Below, piece by piece: positions 28,845 to 38,973 of a stretch of 64,000 bases of DNA. Numbering within the stretch: position 1 is the stretch's first letter; the number at the start of each line of letters is the position of its first letter. The notes beneath the pieces were generated by a model, which did no database searches, was not told the origin of the DNA, and saw only the letters and a program-made list of their open reading frames with translations. Made by a program: the position numbers and the translations under genes. Origin of the DNA: Pseudomonadota bacterium (GTDB taxonomy: Bacteria; Pseudomonadota; Alphaproteobacteria; SP197); assembly GCA_039028155.1 (NCBI GenBank), contig JBCCIS010000003.1, positions 25,904-89,903 on the forward strand, read 5' to 3'.

Positions 28845-29597
28845 CTAGATAACCACCGGGAACAGCAGGCAGAGGTAACAGGAAAGCGCCAGGGCGGGCC
28901 CGAAGGGAAAGACGCGGCCACGCCCGGCACCGCGCCAGAGAAGCGCCAGGACGATGCCGGCCAGGCCGCCCAACACGAGAAACGCCGGGATCAGCGGCAA
29001 GCCGATCCATAAGCCCGCCACCGCCATCAGCTTGACGTCGCCGAGGCCCAGGCCCTCGCGAGCGCGGAACCGGCGGTAGACCCAGCGCAACGCCATACCA
29101 GCGCCGCCCAGGACAAGTGCCGCGGCAAGGCCCATGGCGCCCGCGCCAATTGGATCGCCCAGCGCCACCCACCAACCCGGCGCCAGAACGACGGCCGCGA
29201 TCTGCAGGGGATCCGGCAGGTAGCCGTGCTCCAGGTCGATCACCGCCATCATGATCAGGATAAGACCGAGCGCCGCCAGCATGGGGAACGCGGGTACGAG
29301 ACCATAATCGAGCCAAGCGGCCAGAAAGGCGATCGCCGTCGTGATCTCGATGGCGATATAGCGCAGGCCGATCGCCGCGCCGCAGTGGCGGCAGTGACCG
29401 CGCGACGACAACCAGGACAAAACCGGAACAAGATCCCGGACCGAAAGCGGCGCCCCACAGGACGAACATCGTGAACGCTGTTCACGAAAGCTCTCGCCGC
29501 GCGGCAGCCGATGGGTCAACATGGTTGCGAAACTGCCAAAAACTAGCCCTAAAAGGGTAATCAATACCCCTTCCGAGAGTGCCCCGAGCACGGTCAT
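28845..29597 (-). CDS. pilD: Type IV prepilin leader peptidase (A24 family, PilD/GspO-like)
   Basis: N-terminal Zn-binding CSSCG...CRHCG tetracysteine domain, then the A24 peptidase membrane domain. Start at the internal ATG (MTVLGALSEGVL). Confidence 0.8.
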   Translation of the reverse strand: MTVLGALSEGVLITLLGLVFGSFATMLTHRLPRGESFREQRSRCSSCGAPLSVRDLVPVLSWLSSRGHCRHCGAAIGLRYIAIEITTAIAFLAAWLDYGLVPAFPMLAALGLILIMMAVIDLEHGYLPDPLQIAAVVLAPGWWVALGDPIGAGAMGLAAALVLGGAGMALRWVYRRFRAREGLGLGDVKLMAVAGLWIGLPLIPAFLVLGGLAGIVLALLWRGAGRGRVFPFGPALALSCYLCLLFPVVI

Positions 29598-29724
29598 CGC
29601 TCGGCCGTATGGCTGGCCGGCGTGGCGAAAATGCATCGCCCGACAACAGAAAGAATCAAGAGTCCCAACGGTTTGGTTCCAAATCCTTAAGTTCTAATGT
29701 ATATGGAATCGGTAACGGATTGTA

Positions 29725-31476
29725 TTGGGGTTCGGGGTGGTGTCGTTCAGAACGGATACCTACACCAAGTCACTGCCGCGCGCACGGTTGGCGCTGGCGG
29801 CGATCGCGGTTGCGTCGCTTCTGATCGCCTCGTGCGACAAACCGCTGGGCGACTTTCACGATCCCGAAGCCGGCCTCACCAAGGCCGATTACGAAGACAT
29901 TATTGGCACCTCGGCGACCCCGCCGGACGCCAGCGGCGCGTTGGCGCCGGAAGCGCCGCCGATCCCGGATCTGATGCCGGCCCTGGCCGTACCGGTGCCA
30001 GCGACGGGTCCGGAAAGCCGGCTCGTCTCGATCTCCGTCGTCGACACGGTGCCGATCCGCGACGTGCTGATCGAGCTGGCCCGCGCCGCCGAGGTCGACC
30101 TGGAACTCGATCCCGCGATCGAAGGCGGCATCATCTTCAGTGCCCAGAACCGACCGTTCATCGAGGTCATCGACCGCATCTCGGCCATGGCCAACCTGCG
30201 CTACGAATACAAGGGCGGTATCCTGAGGATCGAGATCGACCGGCCCTATCACGCGACCTACAAGGTCGAGCATCTGGCCGCCGCGCGCAGCGCAACGAGT
30301 TCGGTCGATATCTTCACCGACGTCTTCTCCTCGGTCGGCGACAACGCGATCAGCAACGGCTCTGCCGCCCGCATCGAGCAGGTCACAGAGAACGACTTCT
30401 ATGGCGAACTGGCGACCAACGTGCGCCAGATCCTGACCAATTCCTCGCCAGCCGAAGAAATCGAGGAAATCCAGCTTGCTTCGGTCCAACCGACCCTGGA
30501 CGGCGAGGGCGAGGAAGTGACCGACGCGGTCGCCGAGCCGGTCGAGGACTTCTCCATCAATCGCCAAAGCGGGCTGCTCTCCGTCTTCGCGACCCAGCGC
30601 CAGCACCGCCTGGTGCAGGACTACCTGCGCGAGCTGATCATCCGCTCGTCGTCCCAGATCGTGGTCGAGGCCAAGGTGTTGGAAGTCCAGCTGAGCGATC
30701 AGTTCCGCAGCGGCGTCGACTGGAGCGTGGTGGTCGGCATGCTGGGCGGCCAGGCGGGTTTCCTGTTGAACACCGGCCTTGCCAACATCCCCAACAATTC
30801 GCCGGATCTGGCTCAACTCAGCTTTGTTGGCGGCGATGTCGACGCGGTCGTCAACCTGATCAGCGAGTTCGGCACCACGCGCACGCTCGCCAATCCGCGC
30901 CTATCGATCACCAACAACGAGCCGGCGGTTCTGAAGGTCGCCCAGAACCAGGTCTATTTCACCCTGGAGTTCGAAACCAACACGACCCAGGGCGTCGTGA
31001 CCGAGACGGTCGAAAGCACGGTCAACACGGTGCCGATCGGTCTGGTCATGCTGGTGCAGCCGTCGATCGATCTGGACACCGACCGCGTGACGCTGAGTTT
31101 GCGCCCGACACTGTCCAACATTGTCGAATTCGTTGACGATCCCGCGGTCTCGATCGAATCCAACAACACGGTTGTCTCGCAGGTCCCGGTGGTCGAGGTA
31201 CGCGAGTTCGACTCCATCGTCACGGCGCGATCGGGCGAGGTCATCATCCTGGGCGGCCTGATGCAGGAGACCGCGCAGAACAACGAGGCCGGCCTGCCCG
31301 GCTTCCAGGACATCCCGTGGGTCGGCAACGCCTTCAAGTCGAATGACGACGATCGCGAGGTCCGCGAACTCGTCATCTTCCTGCGCGCGACCATCGTGCC
31401 CCAGCCGGTGCCGGCGCCTGCGGATATCGATCTCTACAACACCTTCGCCATCGACCCGCGACCGCTCACATTCTAG
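29725..31476 (+). CDS. Type II/IV secretion system secretin (GspD/PilQ/MshL-like), lipoprotein
   Basis: C-terminal secretin domain (VTARSGEVIILGGLMQET...LPGFQDIPWVGNAFKS...LVIFLRATIV) and N-terminal N0/N1-like domains. Lipobox LLIASC near the N-terminus. First codon TTG; GTG alternatives at 29737 and 29740. Confidence 0.8.
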   Translation: MGFGVVSFRTDTYTKSLPRARLALAAIAVASLLIASCDKPLGDFHDPEAGLTKADYEDIIGTSATPPDASGALAPEAPPIPDLMPALAVPVPATGPESRLVSISVVDTVPIRDVLIELARAAEVDLELDPAIEGGIIFSAQNRPFIEVIDRISAMANLRYEYKGGILRIEIDRPYHATYKVEHLAAARSATSSVDIFTDVFSSVGDNAISNGSAARIEQVTENDFYGELATNVRQILTNSSPAEEIEEIQLASVQPTLDGEGEEVTDAVAEPVEDFSINRQSGLLSVFATQRQHRLVQDYLRELIIRSSSQIVVEAKVLEVQLSDQFRSGVDWSVVVGMLGGQAGFLLNTGLANIPNNSPDLAQLSFVGGDVDAVVNLISEFGTTRTLANPRLSITNNEPAVLKVAQNQVYFTLEFETNTTQGVVTETVESTVNTVPIGLVMLVQPSIDLDTDRVTLSLRPTLSNIVEFVDDPAVSIESNNTVVSQVPVVEVREFDSIVTARSGEVIILGGLMQETAQNNEAGLPGFQDIPWVGNAFKSNDDDREVRELVIFLRATIVPQPVPAPADIDLYNTFAIDPRPLTF

Positions 31477-31567
31477 GATCGCGGCCGTTCGTCGGCGGAC
31501 TTGTCTGGGGTTGGGCAAGCGGCGGGTTTAGGGCGCTCGGGTTAAAGGGGAAGTTGGGTCTTAAGCC

Positions 31568-32335
31568 TTGGTTACGACGTTCCGCTATATCGTGCTGACA
31601 GCCGTGCGCGACCGGTTGCTGATCGGTGTGGCGGTCGCGCTCGTCTTGGCGGCCCTGCTTGGCGCTTTCCTGGGCGACGCGACGGCGCTGGAACAGGGCC
31701 AGATGTCGCTGGCCTATGCCGGTTTCATGACGCGGCTGATCCTGGCCATGGGCCTGATCCTTTTTGTCTGTTTTCACGTGCAGCGCAGCTACGATAACCG
31801 CGAAATCGATCTTATGCTGTCGCGGCCGATCTCGCGTGCCCAGTTCGTCATCATCTACTGGCTCGGCTTTTCCGGCGTCGCTGTGCTGCTGGCGCTGCTC
31901 GCGACCGTCGTGCTGCCGATTGCCGCGTTGCCACAAGGCGCCGGCCTTCTTCTGTGGATGATCAGCCTGATGTTGGAGTCCCTGCTGGTCGTCGCGGTCA
32001 GCCTCTTCTTCGCGCTGACGCTGAAGAGCGCGGTCGCCTCGGTGATGGCGAGTTTCGGTTTCTATCTCCTGGCGCGCATGACCGGCCTGTTGGTCAACAT
32101 CGCCGAGGCCGACTGGTCCATCTTGCAAGAGACCACGCTCGGCGCGTTCATCGGCTATGCCGTCTATGTGTTCGGCTTCATCATGCCGCGGCTCGACCTG
32201 TTCGGCCAGACCTGGTGGCTCAACTATGGCATGCCGGCCGAGCTGCCGGCCGGCCTGATTGTCGCGCAGGCGGCGATCTATACGGCGCTGCTGCTGGCCG
32301 CGACGATTTTCGACTTCCGGCGGCGGCGGTTCTGA
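31568..32335 (+). CDS. ABC-2 type transporter permease-like membrane protein
   Basis: Six predicted TM helices and the ABC-2 signature-like segment NREIDLMLSRPISRAQFVIIYWLG. TTG start, no ATG until residue 46. Its TGA is directly adjacent to the next ATG (TGATGG). Confidence 0.55.
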   Translation: MVTTFRYIVLTAVRDRLLIGVAVALVLAALLGAFLGDATALEQGQMSLAYAGFMTRLILAMGLILFVCFHVQRSYDNREIDLMLSRPISRAQFVIIYWLGFSGVAVLLALLATVVLPIAALPQGAGLLLWMISLMLESLLVVAVSLFFALTLKSAVASVMASFGFYLLARMTGLLVNIAEADWSILQETTLGAFIGYAVYVFGFIMPRLDLFGQTWWLNYGMPAELPAGLIVAQAAIYTALLLAATIFDFRRRRF

Positions 32336-33066
32336 TGGCCGGCCAACGCCTGACGCTCGCCCTCATCGCGCTGCTGCTGGCCGCGCAGGTGGCGCTCGCG
32401 ACCCAGACCATCGCGCGCCACGACATCGACGACACGCTCGCCATGCCGCCACCACGCGAGGTCGCGAGCGTGCTTGCGCTGGGCGACGACCAGTTCTTTT
32501 TCCGTCATGGCGTCTTGGAGATCACCCATGCCGGCGTCGCCGACGGCGACACCATCTATCTGCGCGATTTCGACTATGACGTGCTGGTCGCCTGGCTGTT
32601 CCTGCTCGACGAGCTCGACCCGCGTTCCGGCGCCGTGCCCTTCTTGGCGGCCTACTGGTATGGCCGCACGCCAGTGGTCGCCGATGCCGCCTTGATCGTC
32701 GACTATCTGGAAGCCCGCGCGCTCGCCGACCCGGAAACCGGTTGGCGGTGGCTGGTCGAGGCGGTTTATCTGGCGCGCTACCGGCTTAACGATCTTGACC
32801 GCGCGCTGGCGCTCGCCGAGCTCGCGGCCGACGGCAAAATCGAGAATGCGCCGTTCTACGTGCAGCATCTGCCGGCCTTCATCCAGCTCGATCTCGGCGA
32901 ACGCGACGCCGCGCTCGTGCTGCTGCGCGCGCTCTTGGAAGAGAACCCAGATCTGCCGGAAGACGAGCTCAATCTGTTATTCTTCATGATCGACCGGATC
33001 GAACGCGACGGGGGTGACGGCATGACCGAGCCCGGCGCCGCATCCGGCGAAACGGACGGAACATGA
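32336..33066 (+). CDS. Secreted all-helical (TPR-like) hypothetical protein
   Basis: ATG immediately after the upstream stop. Signal peptide MAGQRLTLALIALLLAAQVALA. The track merges it into a 370-aa read-through ORF. Confidence 0.6.
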
Positions 33067-34163
33067 ACGACATTACACTCTCGCTCTCGCAGATCCTGCA
33101 GCTCGTCGGCGTGGTGCAATGCGTTTACGTCATCGCGCTGACGCTGGTCCGCACCGACGATTACCGTTTCGCCGCCCTGCCGGTCATGCTGTTCGCCGCG
33201 ATCGCCGTCGGTTTCGGCGTCCAGCTATTGATGACCTTGACGGAGATCGGCGAAAGCCCGTTCTTGAACGGCGTCTATCTGTTCGTAGAAACGGCGGTGC
33301 CGCCCTTGATGTACCTGATGGTCATCGAGTTGGCGAAGCGGCGCATTCCCGCCTCGCCCCATTGGCTGATCCTGGGCCTGCCGCTGCTGGCGGTGCCGGC
33401 GATCAATGTCGCCGTCCAGGCCGAGACCATCTGCCTGGGCGCCGATGGCAGCTTCTGCGTCGAGCCCTACCCGATGTTCTCGCTGTTCCGGGTTATCGCC
33501 GGCGTCGCCATTCTGCTGTTGCTGGTCGCGGTGATCTCGCGCGATCTCAAGTCGCTCCTGACCCAGAGCATGGGCAAGGAGAAGTACTGGATCGTCATCG
33601 CGTTGATCGGCGCCATCATCTCGTTGCTGGCGGTGAACCTGTTGAGCGCCTTCGAGGTGCTGAACGAGAGCGAGGCGGTGTTCGTCACGACCGTCCTGGA
33701 ACTGACGCTGATCTACCTGCTGATCTCATCCCTGTTCCGGGTCTATGGCGGCGCCGTCACGATCCGCACCAGCCGTGACAAGGGGCGTGACGGCGAGCGT
33801 GAACCGCTCAACGACGAGGAAATCAAGCTGGTCGAGCGCATCAACGAGCTGATGACCCTGGACAAGGTCTATCAGGAGGCCTCCTACAGCCGCAAAGATC
33901 TGGCCCAGGAGCTCGCCATCGCCGAACACCAGCTGTCGCGGATCATCAACACCGGCTTCGCCATGAGCTTCAGCGACCTCATCAACAACCATCGGGTCGA
34001 GGAAGCGAAGTACCTGCTGCGCACCACCGACGAGCCGGTCAGCTCGATCGCCTTTGATGTCGGCTTCAACAGCCTGGCCTCGTTCAACCGCGTGTTTCGC
34101 AAGGTGACCGATCAGACGCCGACCGCGTTTCGCCAGAACGGCGGCGAGGCGCCGAGCCAATAG
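33063..34163 (+). CDS. Membrane-integrated AraC-family transcriptional regulator (N-terminal polytopic membrane domain + C-terminal AraC HTH)
   Basis: About 230 aa with six or seven hydrophobic helices, then a classic AraC HTH (YSRKDLAQELAIAEHQLSRIINTGFAMSFSDLINNHRVEEAKYLLRTTDEPVSSIAFDVGFNSLASFNRVFRK). ATGA overlap with the upstream gene. Confidence 0.75.
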   Translation: MNDITLSLSQILQLVGVVQCVYVIALTLVRTDDYRFAALPVMLFAAIAVGFGVQLLMTLTEIGESPFLNGVYLFVETAVPPLMYLMVIELAKRRIPASPHWLILGLPLLAVPAINVAVQAETICLGADGSFCVEPYPMFSLFRVIAGVAILLLLVAVISRDLKSLLTQSMGKEKYWIVIALIGAIISLLAVNLLSAFEVLNESEAVFVTTVLELTLIYLLISSLFRVYGGAVTIRTSRDKGRDGEREPLNDEEIKLVERINELMTLDKVYQEASYSRKDLAQELAIAEHQLSRIINTGFAMSFSDLINNHRVEEAKYLLRTTDEPVSSIAFDVGFNSLASFNRVFRKVTDQTPTAFRQNGGEAPSQ

Positions 34164-34522
34164 CCCGTTTCGGCTGTCGGACCCCGCCGCCGGCCTACCC
34201 TGTCGATCGTAGTAGAATCTTCGGTTCTTCCCCTAAGGTCTTGATTCAATATCGAATCTTGTGCGCTGCAGCATGAGTTTTCAGCGACTGGCAGGGTCAG
34301 TTTAGAGCTAGAACTCCTCAATCTGTAAATCTGACACCGCACAACGCCAGATAGCGAAGACCCCCCAAAGGATTAGCCCTAAAGAGTAGGTTCGAGGAGA
34401 ACGAGAGCGTTGCGTCTGTGCCGTTTTGGGACAGTCGCAAGTCGAGCAAGGCGCGATCGACTTCGTATCACAGTGAAACAGCCGGCAAGCCGGCACAGAG
34501 ACCAACGCGAGGATCCGAAACC

Positions 34523-35185
34523 ATGCAGGGTAACGTGGGTAACGACAGACACAGCTCCGAACGCGGCTTTACGCTGGTCGAGCTTTCCATCGTTCTTGTC
34601 ATCATCGGGCTTTTGATCGGCGCCGTCCTGAAGGGCCAGGAGTTGATCGAAAGCGCGCGGCTGAAGTCGCTGATGACGCAGATGAACAGCTACAAGACGG
34701 CGACCCAGATCTTCAAGGATCGTTATGGCTCGCTGCCCGGCGATTTCGACGAGGCGACGACCGTGCTGAACGCCTCGGCCAACGGCGACGGCGACGGCCT
34801 GATCGACGGCAACGGTGGCAACGGCGAAGGCCCGCTGTTTTTCGAGCATTTGGTTCGCGCTGAGCTGATCTCCGGTGTTTCGGTCAACGATCCCATCCCC
34901 GACAGCAAAGCCGGCAACGGCGAAGTCCAGGCCGACAACGACGACGTCAACCAGGGCTCGCAGGACACCAACTTCTTCCGCGCCGGCGGCCTGAACGGCG
35001 TCGCCAGCACCCGCGATATCCTGAGCGGCGCCCAGGCGGGCGAGCTGGACAACAATTTCGACGACGGCAGCGGTATCACGGGCGATATCCAGTCCGAGGG
35101 CGGCAATGACTGCCGCACCAATGCCGGCGTCCACAACTTCACCGATGGCGACGTCGCCTGCGTCTTCTTCGTGAAAATCGAATAG
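34523..35185 (+). CDS. Type IV prepilin / pseudopilin (class III signal peptide)
   Basis: MQGNVGNDRHSSERG|FTLVELSIVLVIIGLLIGAV is a prepilin peptidase cleavage motif (G/FTLxE) followed by a hydrophobic N-methylation helix. Gly/Asp-rich C-terminus with a Cys pair. RBS GAGGAT. Confidence 0.8.
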   Translation: MQGNVGNDRHSSERGFTLVELSIVLVIIGLLIGAVLKGQELIESARLKSLMTQMNSYKTATQIFKDRYGSLPGDFDEATTVLNASANGDGDGLIDGNGGNGEGPLFFEHLVRAELISGVSVNDPIPDSKAGNGEVQADNDDVNQGSQDTNFFRAGGLNGVASTRDILSGAQAGELDNNFDDGSGITGDIQSEGGNDCRTNAGVHNFTDGDVACVFFVKIE

Positions 35186-35235
35186 ACCGCACGACCATGG
35201 CGGATGACGGGCCAGCCGGCCCGAGCTGATCACCG

Positions 35236-35266
35236 TTAGGGGGAAGCGCCGCGCGCTTCCCCCTAA
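35236..35266 (+). terminator. Rho-independent terminator-like hairpin after pilin gene 1
   Basis: Perfect 14-bp inverted repeat TTAGGGGGAAGCGC/GCGCTTCCCCCTAA with a 3-nt loop, followed by TCGTTTG. It begins 50 bp after the pilin stop. Confidence 0.6.
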
Positions 35267-35543
35267 TCGTTTGAATCCGCTCTCCATCTAAGAATAGAGC
35301 AGATTCACCTGCCTTGAAGGCATCGCGTCGTGATGCGTTCAAGGCAGGATCTGCTCTTGCCGGCTGGCCCTTTCTTTTGCGCCGAAGACGCAGCTAGCAG
35401 GTTGCGCGGAGTCGCAAAAGAGTGCAGAATTACAAGCTGTTATCGGGGAGTCTGCGACTCAGACTCGAGATATCGGCGACAAGTCATTGAATGCCGAAAA
35501 ACCGGGGTTGGGCGATCGCTAAGGCGCGACGGAAGCTGATCAG

Positions 35544-36920
35544 GTGAGCATCCTCTACAAGGCATTGTCGAAAGCCGCGCGCGAGAACGCCGAGCAGGCG
35601 GATGGCGCGCCCCTGGTGCTCGGCAACGACCTCGGCGACGACCCCGGAACCGCCTTCGACGACGCGACCTACCGCGAGCCGCGCCGGCGCCCCTGGGCGC
35701 TGCTGGGTGTGGCCGGCCTCGTTGTCGTGGCCTGCATCGGCGGCTACGTCTATTTGACCTCGCTGGAAGATGACGATGTCGTGGTTAACACCGGTGGCGA
35801 GATTGTCGATTTCTCCAAGCAGAACCAGGCTGCGGCCGGGGCCGACGAACCCGACGTCATTGCGGCTGATCCGTCGAACGAGACGTCAGACGACGCTCTT
35901 GTCGAAACGGTCGAGGTGGTCGAAGTCGTCGAAACCGCCGATACCGTCGAGCCGGTCGAACTCGCCGAACCGGATGTGACGACCGAAACCCAGACGTCGA
36001 CCGCGCTCGATATCGTTCCGGCCGCCTCGCTGGATGTCGTCAACGGCAGCGGGACCGCGACCGACGTCGCCGAAATCAGCGAAACGGCGGAAACGACGAC
36101 GAGCGAGAACGCCGGCGACGTAACCGCGGCAGTCAATGGCGAGACCATCGAGGAGACGCTGGCACGCCTCAGCAACGAACGCGGCGGCGACGACCTCACC
36201 ACGCCCATCGACGTCGACCGCACGCCCGAAGCGGCCATGGAAGCTGCGACCACCGGCGACGGCGCCATCACCGTGTCGTCCGTAGAGACGGCGGCCACCG
36301 AAACCACCCCCGAAACCACAGTCGAGTTCACCATCGATGCGGAGGGCTCCGGCAACCGGCAGAAGTTCGAGGCGGCCTATGCCGCGCTTCAAGCGGGCAA
36401 CGCGGAAGCCGCCATGGATCTCTACATGGATGTCTTGCGGGAAGAGCCGGACAACCAGTTCGCCCTCTTCGGCCTGGCTTCCACCCTGCAGCGCATGGGC
36501 TGGTTGGGCGAGGCGCGCGCGACCTATGAGGAGCTCTTGGCGATCGACCCGAACAATCGCGGCGCGCTGACCAACATGATGGCCCTGATCGCCCAGGAGG
36601 CGCCCGACCAGGCACTGGCGAACCTGCAGCGGCTCTATGAGATCAATCCGGGGTTCAGTCCGATCCCCGCCCAGATCGGCCTGCTCTACGCCGACATGGG
36701 CGACTATGGCGAGGCGGTGCGCAATCTGAGTCTCGCCATCGACATGGAGCCGGACAACATGAACTACGTCTACAACCTCGCGATCATTCACGACCGGCTC
36801 GGCCAGCACACCGAGGCGCAGGCGCTCTACGAGCAGGTGATCGAGTTTGCCCAGTATCGCGATGTCAGCGTGCCCGTTGCCGCCATCCGCGAGCGCGTGT
36901 CCTACCTGAAACGATTGTAA
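35544..36920 (+). CDS. TPR-repeat pilus biogenesis protein (MshN/PilF-like) with N-terminal membrane anchor and acidic low-complexity spacer
   Basis: GTG start. TM helice WALLGVAGLVVVACIGGYVYL. A long acidic spacer rich in Glu, Thr, Ala and Val. C-terminal TPR repeats (...AAMDLYMDVLREEPDNQFALFGLASTLQRMGWLGEARATYEELLAIDPNN...). Confidence 0.65.
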   Translation: MSILYKALSKAARENAEQADGAPLVLGNDLGDDPGTAFDDATYREPRRRPWALLGVAGLVVVACIGGYVYLTSLEDDDVVVNTGGEIVDFSKQNQAAAGADEPDVIAADPSNETSDDALVETVEVVEVVETADTVEPVELAEPDVTTETQTSTALDIVPAASLDVVNGSGTATDVAEISETAETTTSENAGDVTAAVNGETIEETLARLSNERGGDDLTTPIDVDRTPEAAMEAATTGDGAITVSSVETAATETTPETTVEFTIDAEGSGNRQKFEAAYAALQAGNAEAAMDLYMDVLREEPDNQFALFGLASTLQRMGWLGEARATYEELLAIDPNNRGALTNMMALIAQEAPDQALANLQRLYEINPGFSPIPAQIGLLYADMGDYGEAVRNLSLAIDMEPDNMNYVYNLAIIHDRLGQHTEAQALYEQVIEFAQYRDVSVPVAAIRERVSYLKRL

Positions 36921-36934
36921 GCGGAGATCAGGCG

Positions 36935-37801
36935 ATGCCTTTCTTGAACCATTTCGGCTTGAAGGAACATCCGTTCTCGCTGACACCCAATCCGGCGCTT
37001 TTCTTCGGCGGACGCCTGCATCGCCCGATCCTGGAAATGCTGAGCTTTGCCCTGAAGCGCGGCGATGGCGTCTTGACCGTGGTCGGCGATGTCGGCACCG
37101 GCAAGACCATGCTGTGCCGCCTGCTGCTGCAGGTTCTGGACGGCGAGGCGGCGCTGGCCTACCTGCATGCGCCGCTCTCCGACGATACGGACATCGCTCG
37201 CGACGTCGCGCGCGAGTTCGGTCTTGATGTCGGCCCACACGATGACGCCTTCCACATCCTGAACCGCTTCCTGCTGGAACAGCATAGCGCCGGCCGCCGC
37301 GCCGTCCTGGTCATTGACGAAGCCCAGTCGCTTGGCCGCCCGGGGCTGGAGACGATCCGTCTGCTGTCGAACCTGGAGACCGAATACAGCAAACTTCTGC
37401 AGACCGTCATGTTCGGCCAGCCCGAGCTCGACGCCCTGCTGCAGCAGCACGCGCTGCGCCAGCTCAACCAGCGCATCGCCTTCCGGTTCGAGACCCGCGC
37501 GCTCACCGCGCGTGATGCCTCGCGTTACGTGCAGCACCGTGTCCACCGCTGTTCGATCAACGGAGACCCGCGCGAGATGTTCACCAAGAGCGCGCTTGCC
37601 ATGCTGGCGCGACACAGCCGGGGCGTGCCGCGCGTCATCAACATTCTGGCCGACAAGGCGATGCTGGCGGCCTATGCGGAAAACGTCACGACCGTGCGCC
37701 GCCGCCACATGGTGGCCGCCATCGACGACTCACCGTCGATCGCCCAGAAGCTTGCCTTCTTCCGCCGCTGGAACGTGGCGCGGCTGGCCGGCGTCGGCTG
37801 A
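36935..37801 (+). CDS. ExeA/GspA/MshM-like AAA ATPase
   Basis: MPFLNHFGLKEHPFSLTPNPALFFGG...VVGDVGTGKTMLCRLLL...VIDEAQSL is the ExeA-type AAA domain, with Walker A and the conserved N-terminus. Confidence 0.8.
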   Translation: MPFLNHFGLKEHPFSLTPNPALFFGGRLHRPILEMLSFALKRGDGVLTVVGDVGTGKTMLCRLLLQVLDGEAALAYLHAPLSDDTDIARDVAREFGLDVGPHDDAFHILNRFLLEQHSAGRRAVLVIDEAQSLGRPGLETIRLLSNLETEYSKLLQTVMFGQPELDALLQQHALRQLNQRIAFRFETRALTARDASRYVQHRVHRCSINGDPREMFTKSALAMLARHSRGVPRVINILADKAMLAAYAENVTTVRRRHMVAAIDDSPSIAQKLAFFRRWNVARLAGVG

Positions 37802-37803
37802 TC

Positions 37804-38961
37804 ATGGCCGGCGCCAACCAGATCGACCAACTGCTCGCCTATATCGTCAAGAGCGGTGCGTCGGATCTGCATCTCTCATCCGGCCGCGCGCCCGCCATGC
37901 GCGTCGACGGCGACATCGCCGCCATGACCGATCAGGAATTCACCGCCGATCAGGTGCGCGTGCTGGTGACCGAGATCATGTCGGACGACCAGAAAGCGGC
38001 TTACGACGAAGACCTGGAACTGGACTTCGCCTATCAGGCCGATCACAGCCTCGGCCGCTTCCGCGTTAACGCGTTCAACACGGCGCAAGGCCCCGCGGCC
38101 GTGCTGCGTACCATTCCGACCGACGTCCCAACACTCTCGGATCTCGCCGCGCCCAGCCTGTTCGCCAAGCTCGCCTCGCTGGAACACGGCCTGATCCTGG
38201 TGACCGGACCCACCGGCAGCGGCAAGTCGACGACACTCGCCGCGATAATCGACCACATCAACACCAACAGCAAAAAACACATCCTGACCGTCGAGGACCC
38301 AATCGAATTCGTGCACCCGCCCAAGCAGTCGTTGGTCAACCAGCGCGAGGTCGGGCGCGACACATTGTCCTTCCACCGTGCCCTCAAAAGCGCGTTGCGC
38401 GAGGACCCCGACGTCATCCTGGTCGGCGAGATGCGCGACCTCGAAACCATTTCGCTCGCGCTGACGGCGGCCGAGACCGGCCATCTGGTGCTCGGCACAT
38501 TGCACACGACCTCGGCGCCCAAGACCATGGACCGCATCATCGATGTCTTCCCGGCCGGCGATAAGGACATGGTCCGCGCCATGCTGTCGGAGTCGATCCA
38601 GGCGGTGGTCAGTCAGATTCTGCTGAAGCGTCTCGACGGCGGCCGCGTCGCCGTCCACGAGATCATGACCGGCACGCCCGCGGTCAGGAACCTGATCCGC
38701 GAGAACAAGATCCCGCAGATCGTTTCGATGATTCAAACCGGCCAGCGCCACGGCATGGTCACCATGAAGGACGCGGTGCAGGCTCTGGTCGACAACAATG
38801 TCGTCGACGCCGGCGAACTCGAACGCTTCGAGGCGATCTCCGGCGAGTCCGCCGAGGCGAACGAGTCGACGGTCAACGACAACGGCGCCGGCCAACAGTC
38901 GACGCCGCAGGCGCCACCGCCGGAGCCCAACAAGAAAAGCCTCCTGCGCGGCCGTTTCTGA
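37804..38961 (+). CDS. pilT: Type IV pilus retraction ATPase PilT/PilU
   Basis: GLILVTGPTGSGKSTT Walker A. VEDPIEF, the Asp box and REDPDVILVGEMRD motifs. AIRNLIRE-like helix. About 385 aa. Confidence 0.85.
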   Translation: MAGANQIDQLLAYIVKSGASDLHLSSGRAPAMRVDGDIAAMTDQEFTADQVRVLVTEIMSDDQKAAYDEDLELDFAYQADHSLGRFRVNAFNTAQGPAAVLRTIPTDVPTLSDLAAPSLFAKLASLEHGLILVTGPTGSGKSTTLAAIIDHINTNSKKHILTVEDPIEFVHPPKQSLVNQREVGRDTLSFHRALKSALREDPDVILVGEMRDLETISLALTAAETGHLVLGTLHTTSAPKTMDRIIDVFPAGDKDMVRAMLSESIQAVVSQILLKRLDGGRVAVHEIMTGTPAVRNLIRENKIPQIVSMIQTGQRHGMVTMKDAVQALVDNNVVDAGELERFEAISGESAEANESTVNDNGAGQQSTPQAPPPEPNKKSLLRGRF

Positions 38962-38973
38962 CGGGTCGCCTGA

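Noticed and set aside
28702-29469. 255-aa alternate-frame ORF overlapping the prepilin peptidase gene
   Set aside because: The co-located frame with the tetracysteine and A24 peptidase motifs is the real gene.
31954-33066. 370-aa plus-strand ORF
   Set aside because: Its 5' third overlaps the ABC-2 permease gene in another frame. The genuine gene starts at the ATG at 32336, directly after the permease stop, and has a clean signal peptide.
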